Below, piece by piece: positions 1-7,341 of a DNA stretch of 21,748 nucleotides (the first letter of the stretch is position 1; each line of letters begins with the position of its first letter). This DNA is from Gemmatimonadota bacterium (GTDB taxonomy: Bacteria > Gemmatimonadota > Gemmatimonadetes > Gemmatimonadales > GWC2-71-9). Under the pieces are notes generated by a model. It was not told the DNA's origin. It ran no database searches and saw only the letters and a list, made by a program, of their open reading frames with translations. Made by a program: the position numbers and the translations under genes. The stretch is taken from positions 1 to 21,748 of the forward strand of contig JAZDCZ010000059.1 in the NCBI GenBank assembly GCA_036679605.1. The letters are read 5' to 3'.

Positions 1-175
1 ATTTCGCCGCAGAGTGCGGTGATCAGTTCCAAACCCTACCCATTCTCTCACCGCCGAGCTCGTCGCGGCTCCGCACGTGCGAGAAACAACGGCCGAAAAT
101 ACAAAATCTAGTTAAAGGATATCCCGCTCAGATGAGATCGGTCGGATTTTTCGGGGAGGCGGTGGGGCAAAAGGC

Positions 176-496
176 TCAACCGATCGCGGCTTCGAGCATC
201 TTTGCGATGTCGTTCTTGTCCCGGAATCCGACGCTCTGATCGACGACATTTCCGTCCTTGAAGATGAGAATCGTGGGCATGGCGCGAATGCCGAAGTTGC
301 CCGACGTCTCGAAGTTTTCGGGGGCGTTGATTTTGGTGATCTTGGCACGTCCGTCGAACTCGACGGCGATCTCGTCCACGACGGGAGCGAGGTCATTGCA
401 GGGGCCTCAGCCATGGCCCCAGAAATCGACGAGAACTGGGATTTCCGATTTGAGAACCTCCGTTTCGAAGGTCGAGTCGGTGACTTCGACGGTCAT
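176..496 (-). CDS. trxA: Thioredoxin with in-frame UGA at the N-terminal catalytic position (probable selenocysteine, U-G-P-C), 106 aa
   Basis: ATG at 496 with GAGGAG RBS upstream. Reads [32 protein letters not shown](409-407)-GPCNDLAPVVDEIAVEFDGRAKITKIN...FGIRAMPTILIFKDG...VG...KMLEAAIG. ORFs 407..601 and 176..379 are in one frame, joined by a single TGA. Length, cis-Pro (AMPT) and FKDG motifs fit thioredoxin. Confidence 0.9.
368..394 (-). promoter_or_regulatory. Putative bacterial SECIS hairpin
   Basis: Minus strand GA-C-CTCG-C-TCC-[CGTCGT]-GGA-CGAG-A-TC. The stem starts 12 nt after the UGA; the apical loop starts after 23 nt and has G in its second position, consistent with the general bacterial SECIS model. 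Folded by eye. Confidence 0.6.
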
Positions 497-802
497 GATC
501 GTCTCCTCAAGTGATTGACGTCCAGCGGAAATAACAATTTTTCTGTACGCACGCCCGAAGAGAATAGCAAGCTCGGCAACTCCGGAGACGACGAACCTCA
601 ATATTTTAAGAATAGATTCCCCATTCTTGCGCCGGGGACCAATAGAGTATTAGGAGCCAGAGCGGCTGGCGACAATGAGGCGAAGAACAGCACCAGCGCA
701 GGAAAGAGAGACCACCTCCAGGCAGGAGAATAAGGGAAGATGCTTATCCGGAGCGAGCCCGCGGACACATGTTTTCCCGGGGGGGAGGCTTGCTCCGGTT
801 GT

Positions 803-825
803 CCTCGACTCACAGTGACTCGAGG
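803..825. promoter_or_regulatory. Operator-like palindrome upstream of ECF sigma gene
   Basis: CCTCGA-C-TCAC-A-GTGA-C-TCGAGG, 10 of 11 positions symmetric, about 30 nt before the ATG at 855. Confidence 0.4.
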
Positions 826-854
826 TTCGCAATACTCGACTTGCCTTTCCGCGA

Positions 855-1472
855 ATGCCACACGCACCCAAGAACTCCGGCGTGATCGATCCGGCTCGGA
901 TCCGAGAGCTTGTGCTAGCGATCCTGAGCGGCGAGGGGAAAAAGAATGCCTATTGGAAAGACTTCCAAGACATGTTCTACCCTCATGTCCTTCGTGCCGT
1001 GAGGCGCAAGGGTGTCCGGTCGCCCCATCTAGAAGAGATCGCGAACGATACCTTCACCTCCGCTCACAGATCCATCGGTACGATCGATTTGGATCAGGTG
1101 ATAAGGAACCCGAATCAGATTCAAGGTTGGCTTGCAAAGATCGCCGAGCGGGAAGCCACCAAATACTTTGGTGAGCTGGCGAGAGAAAGAGGCCGCATCG
1201 AGCGGCTCGTGTCGCGGTCGCGACCTTGCCACACCATGAATGGGCAGCCGATCACGACCAAAGGCAACGATGAGATCTTACTAGAGGTCGTTCGAGGAGT
1301 TTGGGATCGGCTATCCACGAGTGAATGGGACGTTGCACGCCTCTATTTCTGGGACAACAAGAACTTCCTCGATATTGCGGAACTCCTCGACATCGATCGA
1401 AAAACTGTTCGTGCCCGGCTCTTTCGTGTTCTCGAGCTAGCGCGACTCCTGATCAGAAGAGACTTGCCATGA
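855..1472 (+). CDS. ECF-type sigma-70 family RNA polymerase sigma factor
   Basis: 205 aa. Region 2-like LEEIANDTF and IQGWLAKIAERE; region 4 LSTSEWDVARLYFWDNKNFLDIAELLDIDRKTVRARLFR. The stop overlaps the next start (ATGA). Confidence 0.85.
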   Translation: MPHAPKNSGVIDPARIRELVLAILSGEGKKNAYWKDFQDMFYPHVLRAVRRKGVRSPHLEEIANDTFTSAHRSIGTIDLDQVIRNPNQIQGWLAKIAEREATKYFGELARERGRIERLVSRSRPCHTMNGQPITTKGNDEILLEVVRGVWDRLSTSEWDVARLYFWDNKNFLDIAELLDIDRKTVRARLFRVLELARLLIRRDLP

Positions 1473-3934
1473 GCGGTCAATGCAACCACATCAATGACGT
1501 GATCTCCGCCCACCTGATGGGAGAAGCAACCCTTGGCGAGACCCGACGGCTTCGTGCTCATTTGGAGAAGTGCAAAGAATGTTGTGAAGAATATCGAAGT
1601 CGAGACCAGTTGATCTCTGCCCTACGACGAGAGACGGCGCAGTCTGCGAGCGGCCCACCGGATGCTCGGCGTAGGTCTCATCGAACTGTCCTCGATGGAT
1701 CTTTGTCGACGATAGGCTCAACCGGATTCAGATCCATGGAGGCCATCATCGGCGAGAAGTCGGCCATCCCGCCCGCACGGAGAAAGCGCCACCCGAGGGT
1801 TCTTCTCGTGAACATGATTGCGCTCGTCGTTTCGTTGACAATCTTTAGTATCGTGAAATGCTCGCCGGACCCCGATCCCGACTCCACCTTCGGTCGCTCC
1901 GCGGTAGCCTCATCGAGAGTGCAGGACGATGGTTCTGTCGTTCCGTTGCTGACGTCGGAACGCTCCGATATCCCGCTTCTAACTTTATTTCGGAAGGCGA
2001 AGAGAGCACGCATCCGTCTCCATGACACGATCTCCATTGTCGCGAATCCCGTGGCGACTCCCAATGGTCGGACCCTCGACATCCTGAAAGACACCTGGCA
2101 AACCGTGGAGGACGCCGGAGTCGAGAAACAAATCATTTGGTACCTCGGTAAGCATGTCGGCTGCCGTGAGGATCTGCCGTCTTTGATCATGGGAGCCTTT
2201 GACGATCCCGACCGCGGCATCCGAACAAAGGCTTACAACGGCCTTGTGAGCTGGGACGATCCGGTCCGAAAGCTGTACGATCGGTTCCTTCTCGATCTTT
2301 CGCTGATGATGGACGATCTCGAAAAAGAGCGAGATATCATTGGGGAAATCCTTTCCTCCGAGACCCTACGGCGGAGCGACAACGAGCCCGAGGATGTAGA
2401 ATATCTTACGAAGATTGCCTGCACCGTTGTGAAGGAGTCTGCGCTGCGGGATTCCACTGCATTATCGGCGCTGAAACTGCTCCATTTCTTCGAGCATCCG
2501 GAAGTACCTTCATTTCTGATCGACCTTCTATCGCTCACGGAGGGAGTCAAAGACGGCTTCTTAAGGTTCTTTAGCGACAACAATTGGGATCTCGATGATG
2601 ACACACTTGAGAAGCTGACGCGGGTCTTGGAGGACACGCTTGCCGCGACTCAAAACCACTTGCCGGCACTGGAGGCCTTGCTTCATACGCGAACTCGTGA
2701 AGCTGTCACAAAGTTTCTGGACTTCGTCGACACCGAACTCAACGCAGCACTTCGCCGAGGGGCCGTCATCTATCTGTTTGGCGAAGCCCCTTTTCTTTTT
2801 GCCGAGCACCCCATGCCACCTCAAGTTGACGATTTTTTGATGAGAATCCTCGCCAATCCCGTGGATGCCGAAAAGGAGCGTGTACTTATGCTTCTCACCG
2901 ATTACGGGCCCAGGTCCGCTCGCGAGACACTTTCTGATGAGGTCGCGGACGCCGTTGGCGACCCGGTTGCTTTCATCCAGGCATCGGTTCGACTAGCTCG
3001 ATTCGACATTCGTCAGAAAATAGCGACGTCCGCCGAAGACCTCTCGCTTGATTGGTCGATGATTTCCACGGCGATCAGCAGCCCCGACGAGGAAACTTCT
3101 GCCGCGGCATTGCGGGCGCTTTCGGACCTTTCGGCCGATCTGGTGTTGCCCGAGCTGGGAACTGTAGTTTCCTCGTTGTTCGACAGGTTCGCGGATGTTC
3201 TCGGTGGAGAAGGCTCGGAGTCCATCACCCGTGGGTCAACCAGGTGGATGTACGAGTTTCTACGGTTCGCGAAAGTTCTGGAAGACTCAGAGCTGAGTCT
3301 CAAGGTTCGTGATGCGATGAAGCGGGCCAAGGGATCTCCGAGCTGGTTGATTAGCTGCGAGGCATACGTTCTTTCGGCAAAAGTTGGTCCGGCGGAGCCT
3401 GGTTTTCTGGAAAAGCTTTGTGCAGCAGACCGGCCGTACTATTATTCGCGGATAAAACACATCGTTCCGATACCGCCCAGAGGCTCTACGTTCACTTTGA
3501 ATCGCGACCAAATTGCTAAACTACGAGATTATCTCGATGATTACGCTTCGCAACCTCTCATCTCAGAAGAGCCCTCCATCGTCGTTGTCCAACATCTCCT
3601 CGACGAACTTCTTCGGCAGGAGTGGTCTCTTGGTGACGAGCTAACCGAACGGGCGTACCGTATTCTCGAAACCGATTCCTCCCAAGAGGCTTTGCGATCA
3701 GCGGTTCTCGCTTGCCTCTCCCGCGATGGACAACGCTCGGATAAAAACCTTCTCGAGGCTAGGAACAGGGTCTCCTCTCAGCCGTCGGAGCGCAAACGCG
3801 AGTTGTTGCAGCTAATCGATGCGGCACGTGAAACGATCAAAGGAAATTCGATTTCTTCAGGGCTGGATCCCCACCTTCGTGCCGCCCTTGAGAGGGTGAC
3901 TAGACTCCAAGAAATAGCCAGCAAGATCCAGTAG
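1469..3934 (+). CDS. Zinc-finger (ZAS/zf-HC2) anti-sigma factor with one TM helix and a large HEAT/ARM-like extracytoplasmic domain, 821 aa
   Basis: ATG 1469 is translationally coupled to the sigma gene. N-terminus C-x9-H...HLEKCKEC (HxxxCxxC); TM segment VLLVNMIALVVSLTIFSIV after basic ARRKRHPR; Leu/Asp/Glu-rich helical repeats such as AFDDPDRGIRTKAYNGL and ISSPDEETSAAALRALSDL. Confidence 0.8.
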   Translation: MSGQCNHINDVISAHLMGEATLGETRRLRAHLEKCKECCEEYRSRDQLISALRRETAQSASGPPDARRRSHRTVLDGSLSTIGSTGFRSMEAIIGEKSAIPPARRKRHPRVLLVNMIALVVSLTIFSIVKCSPDPDPDSTFGRSAVASSRVQDDGSVVPLLTSERSDIPLLTLFRKAKRARIRLHDTISIVANPVATPNGRTLDILKDTWQTVEDAGVEKQIIWYLGKHVGCREDLPSLIMGAFDDPDRGIRTKAYNGLVSWDDPVRKLYDRFLLDLSLMMDDLEKERDIIGEILSSETLRRSDNEPEDVEYLTKIACTVVKESALRDSTALSALKLLHFFEHPEVPSFLIDLLSLTEGVKDGFLRFFSDNNWDLDDDTLEKLTRVLEDTLAATQNHLPALEALLHTRTREAVTKFLDFVDTELNAALRRGAVIYLFGEAPFLFAEHPMPPQVDDFLMRILANPVDAEKERVLMLLTDYGPRSARETLSDEVADAVGDPVAFIQASVRLARFDIRQKIATSAEDLSLDWSMISTAISSPDEETSAAALRALSDLSADLVLPELGTVVSSLFDRFADVLGGEGSESITRGSTRWMYEFLRFAKVLEDSELSLKVRDAMKRAKGSPSWLISCEAYVLSAKVGPAEPGFLEKLCAADRPYYYSRIKHIVPIPPRGSTFTLNRDQIAKLRDYLDDYASQPLISEEPSIVVVQHLLDELLRQEWSLGDELTERAYRILETDSSQEALRSAVLACLSRDGQRSDKNLLEARNRVSSQPSERKRELLQLIDAARETIKGNSISSGLDPHLRAALERVTRLQEIASKIQ

Positions 3935-3937
3935 TGC

Positions 3938-3968
3938 TTTTGCCTTCCCGAAGAGGAACTCGGCAAAA
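3938..3968 (+). terminator. Possible terminator hairpin after anti-sigma gene
   Basis: TTTTGCC-TTCC-cgaaga-GGAA-ctc-GGCAAAA imperfect stem directly after the TAG; no U-tract on the + strand. Confidence 0.3.
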
Positions 3969-4297
3969 TCGTCGCGCATACAATTGCCGTCATTCCAGAT
4001 TGGCCGCCGCGGACAAGGTTCTTTTTCCCGGAGATCCTGGTACGGCGGCGAGATCTTGGTATCACATCAACCGGGAGCTAGATTCCCTCGGTTAGATTCT
4101 CCCTTCCGAGCAAGATTCTTTGTGATGTCGCATCTTGTCGTTAAGCGTGTGTTGCAAAGAAATTTATGACCCGGATTCGAACAAGAAATTTGAACAAGCG
4201 GAGGAGCCACGATCGGAGGAGTTTTTGAAAAAAGTCTGGAAATAGTTCGGATCCTTCTTTTTTTGGATGTACAATCTCGCGCAAGGCTAGGTGAAAC

Positions 4298-4546
4298 ATG
4301 CCAAATCAGGCTAAGACAAAACTTGATCGGAACGCCGGAACTCAGGAAGCAGTCCTCGGAGACGTTGAGTGCGTCCTAAACTCAGTGATGGAAGCTGTGT
4401 CGCTTCTTTCGTCCCAAGGTGCCTCGCCGAGAGAATTGAGTGACTATCTCTCCGATCAATTGACGGGGAACGCCGATACTGATCAGAAGATTCTTCTGTA
4501 TGCCCGGCGTCTGTTGGATTTGGGTGATCTCGGGAAAAACGGCTGA
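4298..4546 (+). CDS. Small helical hypothetical protein, paralog 1 (82 aa)
   Basis: AGGTG RBS-like sequence before the ATG; converges on 4551..5051 with a 4-nt gap; aligns without gaps to the 5394..5612 protein. Confidence 0.7.
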   Translation: MPNQAKTKLDRNAGTQEAVLGDVECVLNSVMEAVSLLSSQGASPRELSDYLSDQLTGNADTDQKILLYARRLLDLGDLGKNG

Positions 4547-4550
4547 TCGC

Positions 4551-5051
4551 TCATTCCTCGCCGCGTAGCCGGTCGAGCCTGCGCTGGATCCTTAGCCAGC
4601 GCCTACTTGCCTTACCCATTTCGCGTGGCCACAGCGATAGATCAACCTGCCGAAGAGAGGGCAGCTTGCCGTGCTCACGCGTGTGTTCAATCATCATCTC
4701 AATGAGTAGGTACTCGTCGGTTCCTCGTTCCGTCAGTGAGAAGAGATCGTGCGCCAGTTTCTCAGCTCTCTGGGCCTTTTGATACCTCCTCTGACTCTCT
4801 GGCCCGTCTTCGGCTTCTACGTTCTCGATTCGTCTCCTAGTCCAGAGTCGGTATGCAGTTGCTCGAACTCTCCCAAAAGCCACCTTTTCCTCGATCGTGA
4901 GATCCTCACCGTTTTCGATAATACGAGCTAGGACGTCCTGAACTGCATCCTCCCGAGTGTCGAGAGGTATATAGTAGAGGATCCGTTTCACTCGGATACG
5001 AAGACGTTCGCTGAGATCCTCTATCCGCCTTTGTGTCTCTCCGTCTGGCAT
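4551..5051 (-). CDS. Atypical ECF sigma-like protein (166 aa)
   Basis: REDAVQDVLARI resembles the ECF region 2.2 motif (AEDxxQ[DE]xF). The C-terminal LFSLTERG...PSLRQVDLSL...KASRRWLRIQRRL resembles a divergent region 4 HTH. Confidence 0.55.
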   Translation of the reverse strand: MPDGETQRRIEDLSERLRIRVKRILYYIPLDTREDAVQDVLARIIENGEDLTIEEKVAFGRVRATAYRLWTRRRIENVEAEDGPESQRRYQKAQRAEKLAHDLFSLTERGTDEYLLIEMMIEHTREHGKLPSLRQVDLSLWPREMGKASRRWLRIQRRLDRLRGEE

Positions 5052-5165
5052 CGCAACCTTGTCCCATTCGTATACTATGTACTATGAGGTGAGATTGGGA
5101 CGACAATACCAGGAAGTAGAAGAATCGCCACGACAAAAACGGCGGATCGCGGAATGTTACCCTAA

Positions 5166-5277
5166 AGATCATGCGAGATCATGCATGTTTTGGTTCGTTT
5201 GCGACGATATTAGAGATTTCCATGCCGGAGGCAATTTGATAGTCGGCTTGATAGTCGGCGAACGATCTGACAGATCG
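5166..5277. promoter_or_regulatory. Cluster of tandem repeats and a palindrome in a divergent intergenic region
   Basis: AGATCATGC at 5166 and 5176; TTGATAGTCGGC at 5236 and 5248; perfect CGATCTG-A-CAGATCG at 5263-5277. Confidence 0.45.
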
Positions 5278-5393
5278 GTCACAGCAGGGCATTGCGTCTC
5301 TTCCTGCCCGACGCTCGCCCGTTCCTCATGTTTGGGGCAGTCCTTGCCGAAAGACAGATCGACAACACGCGAAACGCCCTCGTGGGAGGAATC

Positions 5394-5612
5394 GTGAAAA
5401 AAGACGAACATACAGTGTCCGGCGTGGACGCCCATATCTCCAATGCTTTGGCCTCAATCTGTGAGGCGTTGGCCGCGGGCGTAACTGAGGACGTACTGAT
5501 CGAGACGGTCTGCAAATACCTCACGGGAATCGAAGAGTATGACACCCAGATTCTTCGCTATTTCCGACGCATGCTTCACTTGACCCACCTAGAACCCAGA
5601 GGCAATCCCTAA
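5394..5612 (+). CDS. Small helical hypothetical protein, paralog 2 (72 aa)
   Basis: GTG 5394 follows GGGAGGA, in the frame of ORF 5292..5612. LTGIEEYDTQILRYFRRMLHLTHL matches LTGNADTDQKILLYARRLLDLGDL of paralog 1 at 12 of 24 positions. Confidence 0.7.
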   Translation: MKKDEHTVSGVDAHISNALASICEALAAGVTEDVLIETVCKYLTGIEEYDTQILRYFRRMLHLTHLEPRGNP

Positions 5613-5737
5613 CTGTAGCCCTCGACGCACGCTCGGTGTGCCAAAGCCTGAGCAAATTAGCTTTTTCCAAGCCCGTCTTGCCGGTGATCAAAACATGGAG
5701 CCGATCCCGGATCCACTGGCAGTTTCCAAGTGATTTT
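5613..5737 (-). pseudogene. istB: IS21-family IstB helper ATPase remnant
   Basis: KSLGNCQWIRDRLHVLITGKTGL-(frameshift)-KS*FAQALAHRACVEGYS matches the IstB Walker A region, with a frameshift and a premature stop. Confidence 0.75.
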
Positions 5738-5812
5738 CCTACTTTCCGCGGGTTCCGATCGCGTTTTCTCCGGGTTTTCGTCCGTTCGTTCATGCCTCGT
5801 AGTGTGCTTTCG
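5738..5812 (+). repeat. 75-bp direct repeat shared with 21638-21712 (IS1634 right end)
   Basis: 73 of 75 identical by direct comparison. Confidence 0.97.
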
Positions 5813-6391
5813 GCGCCTTGCATTCCCGATTCTCGTGATAGAGGGGCAGCGACGTTATGCCTTCGGACTTCATCGCAAGGCGCAGCTCGCGTTCGACGAG
5901 AGCCTGGACGAGGAGCGCAAGGTAATAGATGGTCAGTAGCGTCCTCGACGTTCTCAACATGGACCTCGTACCGAATGTCGAAGCGGGGCTTCACCTCCTT
6001 GCGGTAGCGTGTGTTCGGACCGGGTCGGCCGGGCGTCTCCTGGGTGAATTTGGGTTGGATCACCGGCTTGACCTCGACCCGCAGCCACTGCGTAGCACCA
6101 TGGCTTGTGAGGATCTTCTCCACCGCATCCTTCACCTTTTTCTCCTCGCGGTAGCGTGTCCTCGGAGACTGGAGCTTCAGGCGGAAGACGGACAACTCGG
6201 TGGAGGCCCGACGGATGCAGTTGGTTCGGGCCAGTCGGTCGAGCTGGACTTTGCGAGAGCTGTGGTACCAGAATCGGCAGCGCGCCTACATTGAACGACA
6301 CAAGCGTCCGGCTGGAGGTGTGTGATACGTTTCCGACTTGACGAGCAGGCAACTGTATTGCGCCCAGTTTCGAGTTCTTGCGTTTCTTCAT
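5738..6391 (-). mobile_element. IS1634-family element with three internal deletions (transposase pseudogene plus right end)
   Basis: Four ordered transposase pieces: MKKRK...TLVSFNVGALPIL (6391-6269); WYHSSRKVQLDR...SPRTRYR...GRPGPNTRYRK...EDA (6270-5938); LLTIYYLALLVQALVERELR...LPLYHENRECKAP (5939-5811); KAHYEA* (stop 5792-5790). Terminus reads CCTACTTTCCGC on the + strand. Left end not defined. Confidence 0.85.
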
Positions 6392-6460
6392 GGACCAAGG
6401 GATCGCACCGCACGCAGAAGGGCTGGACCGATTTGTGCGTTTCGATGCGTCGTCGGTCCA

Positions 6461-6574
6461 GCCCGTTTTCCGATCGACGAAAGGAATGGTCTGTTCGGCG
6501 TAGTCGACTGCCGTGGAAGGAGCGATGGAGCAGCTTAAGCCGGAATGAGTGATCGAGTCAGGCCGGAATAAGCA
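6461..6574 (-). mobile_element. IS21-family terminal repeat with a short istA remnant
   Basis: The minus strand from 6574 begins TGCTTATTCCGGCCTGACTCGATCACTCATTCCGG (TG start, reiterated ATTCCGG, typical of IS21 ends). 6508-6461 encodes VDYAEQTIPFVDRKTG, like the IstA VDYAGxTxPxVDxxTG motif. Confidence 0.7.
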
Positions 6575-6802
6575 TTCACTCCGGCAATTCGGCCAACCTC
6601 GTTGATTCGAAATCGATGGACACTGGAAAATGTTTTTTGAAGAGATTTTTCAGAACTAGCGCACGAGTGCTCCTTGTTATTAGAAGGAACTTTTTTCGTC
6701 GTCTGGTGAGAAATGGGTAAAGGGGGGTGAAGGTCGGACCGGTTACTCGCTTGCTTTCTTCATCGAGCAACGGGAAACCGGGAGTCTAAAGGAGCTACAC
6801 TA

Positions 6803-7249
6803 ATGGTCACCTTTGAAGCAATGGGGAATCTCTGTCCGGAGCGCAATGATCAAAGTCGGGTTTCGAATCATAGGGTGCCGATACCTCCGCGGCGTCAGCG
6901 ACACGGTGCCAGGCCAAGCTCTGTCTCTCGACTCTTGCTGTTGCTTGCGGTAATTGCCGGATCCGTTTGGGTCGCTGCGGATTCTACGAACAACTACGAC
7001 GTACCGACGTTGACCGTTCCGGAGACTGTCGAGCAAGGAGAGCCGCTCGAGATAGAAGGAACTTCTAGTCACTATCCTTTGACCGTTGAAGTCACGGACT
7101 CAAATGGCCACACCGAGCATGGCGAGATAGGAAATGCTGGAGCGAACCCCATTTCGGTCGAACATACCGGGATGGCGGGAACGAGTTTGACCGTGAAGAT
7201 TACGAACGCGTTGGGAAGATCGACAACGAAATCGGTCCTCGTTGTCTGA
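6803..7249 (+). CDS. Small secreted or membrane-anchored beta-rich (Ig-like) hypothetical protein
   Basis: AAGGAG RBS; hydrophobic LLLLLAVIAGSVWVAA followed by about 90 aa of Thr/Val/Gly-rich beta pattern (PTLTVPETV, LTVEVTD, LTVKITNALG). Start uncertain. Confidence 0.7.
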   Translation: MVTFEAMGNLCPERNDQSRVSNHRVPIPPRRQRHGARPSSVSRLLLLLAVIAGSVWVAADSTNNYDVPTLTVPETVEQGEPLEIEGTSSHYPLTVEVTDSNGHTEHGEIGNAGANPISVEHTGMAGTSLTVKITNALGRSTTKSVLVV

Positions 7250-7341
7250 TTGGCCAACTGAAAGTCCACCAACAAAAACTCAGCTCGCATTTCTCACCGC
7301 TTCGGTGAGGGATGCGGGCTGGAAGAAAGAAGAGTTGGCTC

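Noticed and set aside
407..409. Genome-wide TGA reassignment (code 4 or 25) to explain the thioredoxin TGA
   Set aside because: TGA ends several well-defined genes here (1472, 11653, 15522), and the codon aligns with the catalytic Cys, not Trp or Gly.
1325..1468. 48-aa N-terminal extension of the anti-sigma ORF
   Set aside because: Overlaps sigma region 4; the ATGA-coupled start at 1469 places the zinc motif at the N-terminus as expected.
5521..6195. 224-aa ORF as an intact gene
   Set aside because: Chimera of an IS1634 middle block, out-of-frame IS sequence and an istB fragment.
6655..6790. ECF-type promoter (GGAACTT) upstream of the Ig-like gene
   Set aside because: No matching -10 element at 16-17 nt spacing could be identified.
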